53,134 nt of DNA from Terriglobia bacterium (GTDB lineage: Bacteria > Acidobacteriota > Terriglobia > UBA7540). The DNA lies in assembly GCA_050745065.1 (NCBI GenBank), contig JBOGJT010000038.1:1-53134 (forward strand). The letters are read 5' to 3'. The notes below the pieces were generated by a model. It was not told the DNA's origin and did no database searches. It saw only the letters and a list, made by a program, of their open reading frames with translations. Position numbers and translations under genes: made by a program. Shown here piece after piece: positions 18,182-27,454 of the stretch; the first letter of the stretch is position 1; each line of letters begins with the position of its first letter.

Positions 18182-20467
18182 TCAACGGGAAGCGGGGACC
18201 TGGATCACGGCGGTGCCCACGCCGACGTTGCCGGAGGTGTCATACGCGCGCAGAGAGATCACGTGCTCGCCCGGAGCGAGCTTTTCCAGGTGGACCGTGA
18301 ACTGCTCGCGTTGCGAATCTACAATCCCGGAGTCCGAAACAATGTCTTTCCAGTCGTTTTCGGCAACCGCGACCTGAGCCTGCTTAAGCGGCGCGGCCTG
18401 GCTCTCCGCCTCGAAGATAATCGCAGCGGTGGCGCCATGGACGGCCTTGCTGACCACATGAATCTCTGGAGGCGTATTATCCACCCAAAAGGGCTCGCTT
18501 TCCAAGGCCGCCCTGAGCGCCTGGTCTGGTGGATTCGAGGGGGAATCGGACGCGACGAGGCGCACGCGATACTCGCCGTCAGCGAGGGAATCCGGTTGCA
18601 GGATGTAGTTTGTCACCTTCAACTTGTCCTTGAGCAGATGCCATTCCTGCTCACGGGCTGACTTGAGGTACAGGCTGTAGACCAGCCGGTCACGGTTCGG
18701 ATCGCTCGCCTGCCAACTGACCACGATGGGGGGCTTGCCCTCCGGATCAACGGTTGGATTTACCGGCTCATACTCGAGCGGGCCTATCGTGGAAGTTGGA
18801 ATGGTCGAAACCGGTGTGACATTGATCGGGTTGGCAGGTGAAACCAAGGGAGCGCCGGTGATGCGGGTTCGCTCACTACCGTCGGTGATGGTCAAAGAGC
18901 GTATTTCGGGCGGGAGGTTTTGATTCAAATACGACACCGCTACCTCGCTGAGCGAGGGAGTTTCGTCATTCGCACCATGAAAAACACCCTTCCACTGCAT
19001 ATAACGAGCCGGGGTACTTTGGATGGCGCTGCCGGTGGGATTCTGGTAAGGCCCGGTCCAATCACTCCAGGTGTTGTCAGGCCGTGCTGAGTTTCCGGAG
19101 CGAGTGTAGAACTTCAGGGAACAGCCCGGCGGCACGCTGGCGCGCCAGGAAATGCGTCCCCATTGTGAGATGAAGTGGGTGTCCTTCACGGGGGATTCGT
19201 AGACCCCGTCCGTTCCCACGCCGTTGCCGATCCGCAGCAGTTTGGCCACGTTGCTGGTGGCGACGAACAGACCCTGATCGGAAGTCAGAAGGCGAGTCGG
19301 CAGCGATTCGCGCGTTTCCGTGAGCAGCGTGAGGTCCGCTCCTGCCTTGGATGGTCGTAAGTCGAAGATTCTCCCATCATCGTCAGTGGAAAAAAGAACG
19401 TCTGGTCCGCGCGTGGCAAGTCCAAAAATGCTTTCCTGGTTTGAAGTCCAAAGGGTTTGGGTGGTGTAATCCGGAAGAATCTCGACGAGAGCGCCCCGGC
19501 CCGAGCTGCGGCGCGGGTAAGGAAACTCAAGACCTCCGGAAGCGCTGGTGCTCGGCATCGCCCGCCCGAGGGCGCGCGATGGCGCGGTGGGCGTTGTGGC
19601 GCCTTCCACGCGGCCCGCGGATGCGACCACCGTCACGGTGGTTGGCGCGCCGGAAACCACGGGCGCCCGGCGCCCGGGAGTGGAAAAATAAGCGGGCAGC
19701 CCGCCCACCGTCGCGTTGCCGAGAGCCGCGACGTAGATACGCCCCTGGGAATCTGTCGCCAGAGCGTGAATCTCAGGCAAGGTTGATTCGTAAAGCACAA
19801 ACGCCTTGCCCTGCGGCGTGATGCGGTAAACCAAGCCGTTCGGTTCGCTCCCGGCCAGCAGGTTGCCGTCTCGATCAAACGTGAGGCACATGATGTGCGT
19901 CTGGTTGCTGGCGAAGAAAACGCTGCCCTTTCCGTCCCGGTCGATCCGCAATATCTCTCCCCGGTCGCCCGTTCCCGCGTACAGGCGCCCCTGCGAGTCG
20001 AACGCCAGCGACCAGATGTACTTCACCTTCGGATCGTAAAACACCGAAGACTTTCCATCGGGAGTCACACGATAAATTTTCCCTTCGGGCGAGCTGGCCA
20101 CATAGAGATCGTCGTCCGGCCCGACGGCGAGCGCCAGAATTTCCGGCTCCGGCGACTGAAAGAGGACGCGCCCTTGATCCTGCCGGTTGATCTCGAACAC
20201 TTTTCCCTGATGTCCGGTTCCGACGTAAAGGTTTCCCTGATGGTCGGCAATGACCGAAAGTGCCACGGTCTCATTGGGGTTGAAGACGGGCTCAGTTGCG
20301 GGAGCGAGCCTGAGCTGCCCGTTCATGCTGGCAGAGACTCCCAGTAGATCACCTTGGAGAAATCCATCGAAGGTCCCGATCTGCCAGAATGCCGTTTCGG
20401 TAGCCTGCGCAGAGATCGACACAAGCGCAAGCAGGAGCAGTGCCTGGAGGAATTTCACACCTTTCAT
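18182..20467 (-). CDS. Secreted beta-propeller protein with C-terminal Ig/FN3-like domains
   Basis: Signal peptide MKGVKFLQALLLLALVSISAQA. Repeats such as LAFDSQGRLYAGTG. Confidence 0.8.
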   Translation of the reverse strand: MKGVKFLQALLLLALVSISAQATETAFWQIGTFDGFLQGDLLGVSASMNGQLRLAPATEPVFNPNETVALSVIADHQGNLYVGTGHQGKVFEINRQDQGRVLFQSPEPEILALAVGPDDDLYVASSPEGKIYRVTPDGKSSVFYDPKVKYIWSLAFDSQGRLYAGTGDRGEILRIDRDGKGSVFFASNQTHIMCLTFDRDGNLLAGSEPNGLVYRITPQGKAFVLYESTLPEIHALATDSQGRIYVAALGNATVGGLPAYFSTPGRRAPVVSGAPTTVTVVASAGRVEGATTPTAPSRALGRAMPSTSASGGLEFPYPRRSSGRGALVEILPDYTTQTLWTSNQESIFGLATRGPDVLFSTDDDGRIFDLRPSKAGADLTLLTETRESLPTRLLTSDQGLFVATSNVAKLLRIGNGVGTDGVYESPVKDTHFISQWGRISWRASVPPGCSLKFYTRSGNSARPDNTWSDWTGPYQNPTGSAIQSTPARYMQWKGVFHGANDETPSLSEVAVSYLNQNLPPEIRSLTITDGSERTRITGAPLVSPANPINVTPVSTIPTSTIGPLEYEPVNPTVDPEGKPPIVVSWQASDPNRDRLVYSLYLKSAREQEWHLLKDKLKVTNYILQPDSLADGEYRVRLVASDSPSNPPDQALRAALESEPFWVDNTPPEIHVVSKAVHGATAAIIFEAESQAAPLKQAQVAVAENDWKDIVSDSGIVDSQREQFTVHLEKLAPGEHVISLRAYDTSGNVGVGTAVIQVPASR

Positions 20468-20619
20468 GCAAGAAGCCTTTCGTGAGAGAGCATAGGCAAG
20501 CCAAAAACAATCATAGAGAGATTTCGTAAATGCCCGGGAGCGAGTGCCGGCAAGCCGGAGGTGCGGCAATGGCAGTCCCCGACGCTCTTGCCGTTTGCCG
20601 CTCTCCGCAGCCCATCGCA

Positions 20620-22527
20620 TCACTTGGCGCCGCTCAGCACCTTGAGATACAGGGTTTGCTCCCCTTCGATGGAATACGGTACCGGAGGGCTCTCAAAATC
20701 TCCCACAATCGAGTCACCGCGATAAGTGATCTTGCTTGAAACGGCGGGATCGGCCATAAAAGTCTGCAGCAAAGACGGAGGCGGCGAAGGGAAATCGGTG
20801 CCCTCCATCATAAAGGAGCGCTCGGGCGACATCAGCAGCGCGTACAGCCGGTTGTTGCGGCGAGTGTGGTTGAGATCGCGCACGAGCTGATGCAGACTTC
20901 GCGGCGGGCTTCCTGGGCGCAGGAACCGCATTTCAAGCGCGTTAACGGCGGCGCCGCTGCCCACCACAAGGGAGAGGGTTCTGTCGGTGACGTTCTGCGG
21001 GATCACCACCGGGATTTTCTGGGTCAAGGTCTCGCCCGATGGCAGCCGCTCAACAGCGGTGACTTCAATGTGATCGCCAGGATGAACTTCCGACCTCGTG
21101 CTCCAAACCTGCTCGATCGCAGCGGCGCGGCTCTCGTTCTGGGACTTAATGGTAAGATCGACGCCACGGACGCGCAGGGAAGGGAATTGCCCGTTCAGCA
21201 GGTAACTCAACGGACCGGCCACGGCAGCTCCTGCGCCGCCAGCGGCGCTGAGCTGGGAAGAAATCACGTCTTCGATTTTGATGGCCTCTCCGTCGGAGAG
21301 CTGGATGCGCCCGCTAAGGTCGAGCGTCGCCGGTCCCTCCAGCCGTTCCGTCGAGCTGATGGCGGAGATGACCGCCAAGTTGACCAACAGGGGTGAGAGC
21401 AGCGGCTGGTCGGCTACGACGAAGTTATAATTCGTGGTGCGCCCAAGCGACGAGTCAACATGAAGGTGTACCGGCACGGTGGGCGCCGTGTCTCCAAGCA
21501 CCCCGTATATGGCCCCGAAGCGGTCCTGCCGGATGCTGCCTACCACGCGGCCCGGCGAATCAACCTTAAACGAAGTAGTGAGGCTCGGAATCGTGGCCAG
21601 CACGTGCGCGGGGGCAAACGGTAACTGCGCCGGGCCCAGCGAAAACACCGGATGGCCGCAGGCGTAAAGGTTGTTGCCTTGCCGGTAAGTTACCGTGCAA
21701 TCGACATTGAGGTTCAGATCACCCCGCACAAGGACGAGGCTGATCATGGTTCCGGGAACAACGCCCGCGGCGGCTGCCGGAGAATCGCTCGTTTCCAGGG
21801 CTGATCCCCCGGAAAGCGTGGCCGTCTCGACGGGATCAAACCCCATCGCGCGGAGCATCGGGGTGTAGCGTGAAATCACGCCGCCATCAAACCCGCTGAA
21901 ACTAAGAGGCAGACGAAAGCGGGCAGGGCCGCTACTATCCGCCCATCGAGCGGTCATGCTTTTCCACAGCGCGGCTTCCGAAGCGTTGCCGGGTATCCAC
22001 CGGTCCATCGTCCCGGTCGCGCGCGCGGGGTCAGGCGCCGAGCCGTCGTACCAGGGTATGCTGCCGACTGCGGTCTGCGCGCCCGCCCCTCGGCCCGATT
22101 GAACTTCTGGCGTCACCTGCAGCATGTCTTGGATCGGGGTAATCAGTGTGTAGGGTTCCTTGGCGTAAGGGAAGGCAATCGCGATGGCGCCGAGCAGCTT
22201 GCCGTTGATGTAAACCGGGCTGCCGCTCATGCCCTCGACGACGCCCGTCTTGTCAATGGTGGGACCGGAAAGCCGCGCCAGAATGGCGTCGTGCTTGGGG
22301 GCGAGCACGTTTTTCAGAACGCCCAACAGCTCAACCTGAAATTCCTGAACTTTGTTGCCGGCAAAAATCGTCCGTCCCACGCCCTTCATTCCCGGACGAA
22401 CGTCACTCACGGAAAAAAACTGCGTATTCCCCTGCGCCGGCAGATAAGCGCAGGATAACGCCAGGACAATGGCCAAGAGCAATCCACGAAACTGATAAAG
22501 ATGCACGCGGCGTAACCCCTCAATCAT
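20620..22527 (-). CDS. SpoIVB-like peptidase S55 domain protein (secreted)
   Basis: TGVVEGMSGSPVYINGKLLGAI and TVTY...YACGHP motifs. Signal peptide. Confidence 0.88.
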   Translation of the reverse strand: MIEGLRRVHLYQFRGLLLAIVLALSCAYLPAQGNTQFFSVSDVRPGMKGVGRTIFAGNKVQEFQVELLGVLKNVLAPKHDAILARLSGPTIDKTGVVEGMSGSPVYINGKLLGAIAIAFPYAKEPYTLITPIQDMLQVTPEVQSGRGAGAQTAVGSIPWYDGSAPDPARATGTMDRWIPGNASEAALWKSMTARWADSSGPARFRLPLSFSGFDGGVISRYTPMLRAMGFDPVETATLSGGSALETSDSPAAAAGVVPGTMISLVLVRGDLNLNVDCTVTYRQGNNLYACGHPVFSLGPAQLPFAPAHVLATIPSLTTSFKVDSPGRVVGSIRQDRFGAIYGVLGDTAPTVPVHLHVDSSLGRTTNYNFVVADQPLLSPLLVNLAVISAISSTERLEGPATLDLSGRIQLSDGEAIKIEDVISSQLSAAGGAGAAVAGPLSYLLNGQFPSLRVRGVDLTIKSQNESRAAAIEQVWSTRSEVHPGDHIEVTAVERLPSGETLTQKIPVVIPQNVTDRTLSLVVGSGAAVNALEMRFLRPGSPPRSLHQLVRDLNHTRRNNRLYALLMSPERSFMMEGTDFPSPPPSLLQTFMADPAVSSKITYRGDSIVGDFESPPVPYSIEGEQTLYLKVLSGAK

Positions 22528-22535
22528 CCAATTCT

Positions 22536-22564
22536 AGTCTAGGGATAAACCCCAGGGACGTCAA
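22536..22564 (-). promoter_or_regulatory. Putative sigma70 promoter, (near-)leaderless, for the S55 peptidase
   Basis: On the minus strand: TTGACG, 17 bp, TAGACT, then 8 nt to ATG 22527. Confidence 0.6.
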
Positions 22565-22586
22565 GCAGGGCGCGGGTGTTGTGCGG

Positions 22587-23870
22587 CTAATTGTCCTCTG
22601 AGGTCAGCGTGACGTCATCTACCCAGAATTTACCGGCGATCTGATTGAGGAATTCCTGGCTCGCCTGGCGGGCAATGGCCACGGATAAAAGGCGGGTTTT
22701 GGGGCCGGTCTCGAAGTCGAGCGTCAGCCCCACCCATGAGGGCGTTGTCCCGGTGATCTGGTCGGTATATTTATCGAGCAGCGCCGGGTTGTACGCGTCG
22801 CGCACTTCCAGGCGCGGCCCGCTATCGGTGGTGATACCTTGCGTTTTCATGTACGCCAGCAGATGGTACCGGCGGTTGGGCAGGACGGGCACAAACTGAT
22901 AGACGTTGTGATAATCCATGTTTTGATTGCCGGGAAACTGGATCAGCAGCGATTTGGACGGCGAGTGGAACGTGCTGTCGTCGAGGCCGGTGTAGACGCC
23001 CGGTAGTGCGACAACACGCCAATCAAACCCCATGCCGAGGAGAGGGTCCTCAAAGTCGCCGTTCTCCACGAGGTTCTGTGCGGTTGATTCGTACGTGGCC
23101 GGAATCAGGCCCTTGTCGCGCAGCGCTCCCCACACCTTATACGCCTCGTCGGACTGATGCGCGCCGATCAAAGCATCTATATACGAGGAGACATCTATGG
23201 CCGTGAATTTCTGCCCGCTCTGCACCAGGCGGTTCCACACCGGTTGGGCGTCGTCCAGGCGGCGCGTGGCGATGAGGTAGTCGAGATAGCGGACTTCCGC
23301 CGAGGCGTCGTCTGGAATCAACCCCGCGAAGATGGCGCGGGCGTCCCCGGAAGCCTTCCATGCGGTGCTGAAAATCGGGCCATCGTAAGCCGGGTCACCT
23401 GCCAAGACCATCCGAAAGTGGCGGAAGGCTTCGCTCGTGCTGTTGTGCAAAAGGAAGAAATTTCCAATCGCCCATTGGAATGACGGTGTGCGCGGAGCCA
23501 GCGTGTCCGCGCGCCGCATGCACTCTTCGGCTCGGATCGCGTCCCCCTGGAATTCGAGCGCCGCGCCCAGGTCCAGCCACGCCTGCGGCTCATAGGCATT
23601 AAGCTGAATGGAGCTGGTGAGGTTTTTGATGGCGAGGCCGGGTTCAGCGTTTAGAACCGTGTATTGGTATAGACGCCCCAGGCGCAGGGGGTAGGCGGCA
23701 TCGCCGGGATCAATGCGGACCGCCGTACGAAGGTTCTCCACCGTGCCCTTGCCGGCAATGACCGTGGCCAGATAATCCCTTGTCACCCACAGAGACAAAA
23801 AGATGAAAACCACGACGCCCACTACCGCCGTAACAATCCGCGCGGGCTTGCTGTTACCGGTAATCTGCAT
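22587..23870 (-). CDS. Membrane-anchored TPR protein with C-terminal carbohydrate-binding-like domain
   Basis: N-terminal TM, helical repeats, and NLVENGDFE opening a CBM4/9-like beta-sandwich. Confidence 0.7.
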   Translation of the reverse strand: MQITGNSKPARIVTAVVGVVVFIFLSLWVTRDYLATVIAGKGTVENLRTAVRIDPGDAAYPLRLGRLYQYTVLNAEPGLAIKNLTSSIQLNAYEPQAWLDLGAALEFQGDAIRAEECMRRADTLAPRTPSFQWAIGNFFLLHNSTSEAFRHFRMVLAGDPAYDGPIFSTAWKASGDARAIFAGLIPDDASAEVRYLDYLIATRRLDDAQPVWNRLVQSGQKFTAIDVSSYIDALIGAHQSDEAYKVWGALRDKGLIPATYESTAQNLVENGDFEDPLLGMGFDWRVVALPGVYTGLDDSTFHSPSKSLLIQFPGNQNMDYHNVYQFVPVLPNRRYHLLAYMKTQGITTDSGPRLEVRDAYNPALLDKYTDQITGTTPSWVGLTLDFETGPKTRLLSVAIARQASQEFLNQIAGKFWVDDVTLTSEDN

Positions 23871-23915
23871 AGTCGCCAGAGCGGTTTGTTTAAAGGGCGC
23901 AGCTCATTTGGCCTA

Positions 23916-24019
23916 GTAGTGGCGGCGTCCCTGCCGCCGGCTTTTATTCTGAATTCAATTGAGCGGCGTCAGCGTCGCCGGTTTTTCTCTTCATTCGGCG
24001 GCAGTGACGCCGCCGCTAC
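23916..24019. repeat. GTAG-type REP doublet (GTAGCGGCGGCGTCCCCGCCGCCG family)
   Basis: GTAGTGGCGGCGTCCCTGCCGCCG and the inverted copy CGGCGGCAGTGACGCCGCCGCTAC. Confidence 0.85.
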
Positions 24020-24062
24020 AACGCCCGTCCGCCCAAGGGCTGGATATTACCACACACACGGC

Positions 24063-25169
24063 TCAGCCTGCACCTTCGGGCGTCGCGTACCCCGGCATTG
24101 CCCCGGCCCTCGGCTGCTGTTGAGTGAGGCAGTGGAGCGTTCCCAGGCCCCACACCAGATCCACCGAGTGGATACCCACGACGGGCCGGTCGCGGAACAG
24201 ATCCGACAAGATGCCAAGCGCTTTGTAATCTTTGGGGTCGTTGAACGTTGGCGCCAGCACCGCCGCATTGGCAATGTAAAAGTTCGCGTAGCTGGCCGGC
24301 ACCCGCTGGCCATCGAAATAGAGCGGCGACGGCATCGGAAGCGGGGCCACTTCGAGCGTTGACCCATCCTCCAAGCGCAATCCCTCCAGCCGTTCGCGGT
24401 TTTCCTGAAGCGGGACGTAGTTCGCGTCTCCGGCGTCGTCTTCCTGGCAAAGCGCTACGGTCCGCGGGCCCACGAAGCGGCACAAGTCGTCCACGTGCCC
24501 GTGCGTATCGTCCCCGGCGATCCCCCTCCCAAGCCAGATTATTTGCGTCGCTCCCAGATAAGCGCGAAATGCCTGCTCCACGTCCCCGCGATCGAGATCC
24601 GGATTGCGCGGCTGGGTGGACCGGTCGAGCAGGCACTCCTCGGTGGCGAGTAGGGCGCCGCGGCCGTTCACGTCGACGGCGCCGCCCTCGAGAACGAATC
24701 CGGTACCGTGGGCCTCAACCTCAATCATGGGACTGCCGAGCGCGTGCGCTGCTTGCCCTGGAATCGCGCTGTCCAACTGCCAGTCGGAATACTTCGCCCA
24801 AGCGTTAAACGCGAACCGCACGATCACAATGTCCGTTCCGTCCGCTCCGGTTCGCCGAACGAACATTGGGCCAAAGTCGCGCGTCCAGCCGCGATTGGTG
24901 GGAAAGCGGAAGAACTCCGTGCGGGTAAGCTCCGCGCCGGCGCGCCTTAGGACGGATTTCGCACGGGCCTCATGCTCCGCTGAATTCACCAGGATTCGAA
25001 GCGTTTCGCCCACAGTAATCTTGCGGCTGATCTCGCCGTAGACCCACGGAATAGGCTGAAACTTGCCTGGCCAATCGGACGTGTTATGCGGCCAGGCAAT
25101 CCAGGTGGCTTCGTGGGGTTCCCATTCAGCGGGCATACGCAGTGCGGCGGGAGCGCTCGAGAGTGTCAC
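24063..25169 (-). CDS. Agmatine/peptidylarginine deiminase family protein
   Basis: RMPAEWEPH, WTRDFGP, LEGGAV, DDTHGHVDD, ASYANF, catalytic GTLHCLTQQQP. Confidence 0.93.
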   Translation of the reverse strand: MTLSSAPAALRMPAEWEPHEATWIAWPHNTSDWPGKFQPIPWVYGEISRKITVGETLRILVNSAEHEARAKSVLRRAGAELTRTEFFRFPTNRGWTRDFGPMFVRRTGADGTDIVIVRFAFNAWAKYSDWQLDSAIPGQAAHALGSPMIEVEAHGTGFVLEGGAVDVNGRGALLATEECLLDRSTQPRNPDLDRGDVEQAFRAYLGATQIIWLGRGIAGDDTHGHVDDLCRFVGPRTVALCQEDDAGDANYVPLQENRERLEGLRLEDGSTLEVAPLPMPSPLYFDGQRVPASYANFYIANAAVLAPTFNDPKDYKALGILSDLFRDRPVVGIHSVDLVWGLGTLHCLTQQQPRAGAMPGYATPEGAG

Positions 25170-25786
25170 TTGGCCGTTATCACTGTTTTTTGGGCTTCGG
25201 CTTGAACGCGCCGCTTGAGGTCGAGGAAAATTAAATGCGAAAGGATCACGTGCGCGTCTTCAATTCGCTGCATGTTATCCGAGTCTACGACGATGGGGCA
25301 ATCGAGCAGAGGCTTCATCTTACCGCCGGCGAATCCGCCCATGCCTACGGTGGTCGCCCGTCTCGCCCGGGCGAGCTCGAGGCCGCACAGCACGTTGGGC
25401 GAGTTGCCGCTGCCGCTGATGGCGAACGCCACGTCACCCGGAGCGATGAAGTTCTCCAGCTGGCGCGCAAATACGCCCTCATAAGCGGTGTCATTAGCCC
25501 AGGCCGTGATCACCGGCGCATTGTCCGTGAGTGAAAGCACTCTGAGGCGCTTCACGGGGGCCATCCACGCCGGCCCCGGCTGGTGGGTACCCTTGCCCAG
25601 GTCGGCGGCCATATGAGACGCCAGCGCGGCACTCCCGCCGTTGCCGAATAGGAACACCGCGCGATCGGCCTGGTAGGCGCCAAAGAGAATGTCAACCGCC
25701 CGCTCCGCATCTGCAAGCGGCAGACGATCGATGGCCTGTTTCAATTCCGCCAAATAGGCCGCATAAAATTGGCGTGCTTCGGTCAC
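25166..25786 (-). CDS. SIS-domain sugar isomerase, GmhA (phosphoheptose isomerase)-like
   Basis: FGNGGSAA, ITAWAND, SGSGNSPNV, QRIEDAH. GTG start after GGAGG. Stop overlaps the deiminase start. Confidence 0.85.
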   Translation of the reverse strand: MTEARQFYAAYLAELKQAIDRLPLADAERAVDILFGAYQADRAVFLFGNGGSAALASHMAADLGKGTHQPGPAWMAPVKRLRVLSLTDNAPVITAWANDTAYEGVFARQLENFIAPGDVAFAISGSGNSPNVLCGLELARARRATTVGMGGFAGGKMKPLLDCPIVVDSDNMQRIEDAHVILSHLIFLDLKRRVQAEAQKTVITAK

Positions 25787-26094
25787 TTTTATCCTCCACC
25801 GTCGAAGGCTTAGGGCGCGGTTAAAGCGAGGGCGCGACCCATCAATCATAGCAGATGAACCTACCAAAGATTGCACATCGTCGTGACGGCGTTCGCACTG
25901 GCGGCGCCCTCTGAACGCCGAAAACGCAGCGGCCGGAAGCTGGCGCCACAACATTTGGTCTCACTTTCATCTCTCATCCTCATTAGGTTTTTGGCGCCCC
26001 CTTGCGATATTTTCCCTGGCGCATTCTCCCATCGGCACATCTGATCGAGAACGAAAGGGTTGTGCTTCTTAACGCGATTCAAGATATCCTTCAA

Positions 26095-26110
26095 TGGCGT
26101 GGCTCTTGCA
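26095..26110 (+). promoter_or_regulatory. Putative sigma54 (-24/-12) promoter
   Basis: TGGCGTGGCTCTTGCA has correct GG-N10-GC spacing and TTGCA. Lies about 125 nt upstream of the TPR-ClC pair. Confidence 0.45.
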
Positions 26111-26233
26111 CCCGCTTTCGACGATGCTAGCCCCGGTTCCGAACCGGGAATGCACCCGATCCGGCGAAAGTCATGCCGGGGCCTCATCGCACGATGTTCT
26201 GATTTTTGCGGCGGAGTTTGAAGGAGCCATTCC

Positions 26234-27454
26234 TTGCTTGGCGACAAAGTGTGTGCAAAATGCGGCCAGTTGATCCCACGCGGCACGGCAGCGTGTCCCG
26301 TCTGCGAAAACCTTTTAGGCTTTAACTTGCGGCGGGAAACGGTGCTTGTTCTGAGTTTCGTGCTACTCGCTGGTCTGTTCGGCATCACCGGAATTGCGGT
26401 AAAGCAGTACCACGCCCGCGAACGCTCACTCGGCCGGCAATGGTACATGCGCGGCGAGAAGCGAATGGCCAGCGGCCACGCGTCCGAGGCCATTCCGGAT
26501 TTCCGTACAGCGCTCTACCACGTTCGGGGCAACTCTGTCTATCAGCTTCGCCTCGCGCAATCGCTGGTGGACGCGGGGAGCGTTGTCGAGGCCCGTACGT
26601 ACCTGCTGAGGCTTTGGGAAAACAATCCCGCCGATGGCCCTGTGAACCTTCAACTGGCGCGGCTGGCCATTCGGACGGGCGACGTCTCGCAGGTGATCCG
26701 CTATTATCACAACGCGATTGACGGCGTGTGGCCGGCGGGCGAACAGATACAACCGCGCGCCCTGCGCAAGGCCCTTTGCGAGTATTTGATCAGCCAAAAC
26801 CACCGCACCGAGGCGCTGGCGGAACTCATGGTGCTCTCGAACGAAACTCCGAATAACGCCGCGCTGCGGACGGAGGTGGCGGCGCTCTTCCTGAAAGCAC
26901 AAGATTACGATATCGCCTTCGAGCAGTTCCGGCGGTCACTCCGCTTGAATCGCCGTCAACCCGCCGCGTGGGCTGGGGCCGGGAAGGCCGCGTTTATGAT
27001 GGGTAACTACGAAACGGCGCGAGCCGATCTCGCCCGCGCACGGGTGGAGAATCCGGACGACGCGGAGTCTGAGGCGCTCCTCTCCACCGCTAATGACGTG
27101 ATCGAGCTCAATCCATTTGACCGCCGCGTGCCCGCATCGGTGCGGCGGCAGCGCGCGGTCGCCGCCTTTGCGACGGCGTTCACCCGTCTGCAGGCGTGCG
27201 CAAAAAGCCGTGGCGAAAACCTGAGCGTTGCGGCGGCGAGTCCGCAGACTGGCTTCGAGCGGCTCTACGCCGCCGCGATAGCAATGAAGCCGCGGATGCG
27301 AGTCGAGCGGCTGCGGCGCGATCCCGATTTATTGGATTCCGGAATGCGCCTGGTCTTCCAGATCGAGCAAAGCACGGCACGCGAGTGCGGCCCGCCCGAG
27401 GGCAGAAACCTCGCGCTCTCGCTGATTGGCGCGAAGAACGGAGGTGCGAATTAG
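26234..27454 (+). CDS. TPR-repeat membrane protein with N-terminal zinc-ribbon-like motif
   Basis: CAKC...CPVC, one TM helix, TPR-like helices. SD AAGGAG before TTG. Confidence 0.78.
   Translation: MLGDKVCAKCGQLIPRGTAACPVCENLLGFNLRRETVLVLSFVLLAGLFGITGIAVKQYHARERSLGRQWYMRGEKRMASGHASEAIPDFRTALYHVRGNSVYQLRLAQSLVDAGSVVEARTYLLRLWENNPADGPVNLQLARLAIRTGDVSQVIRYYHNAIDGVWPAGEQIQPRALRKALCEYLISQNHRTEALAELMVLSNETPNNAALRTEVAALFLKAQDYDIAFEQFRRSLRLNRRQPAAWAGAGKAAFMMGNYETARADLARARVENPDDAESEALLSTANDVIELNPFDRRVPASVRRQRAVAAFATAFTRLQACAKSRGENLSVAAASPQTGFERLYAAAIAMKPRMRVERLRRDPDLLDSGMRLVFQIEQSTARECGPPEGRNLALSLIGAKNGGAN

Noticed and set aside
25992..26005. TGGCGCCCCCTTGC as a sigma54 promoter
   Set aside because: The GG-to-GC spacing is 9, not the required 10.
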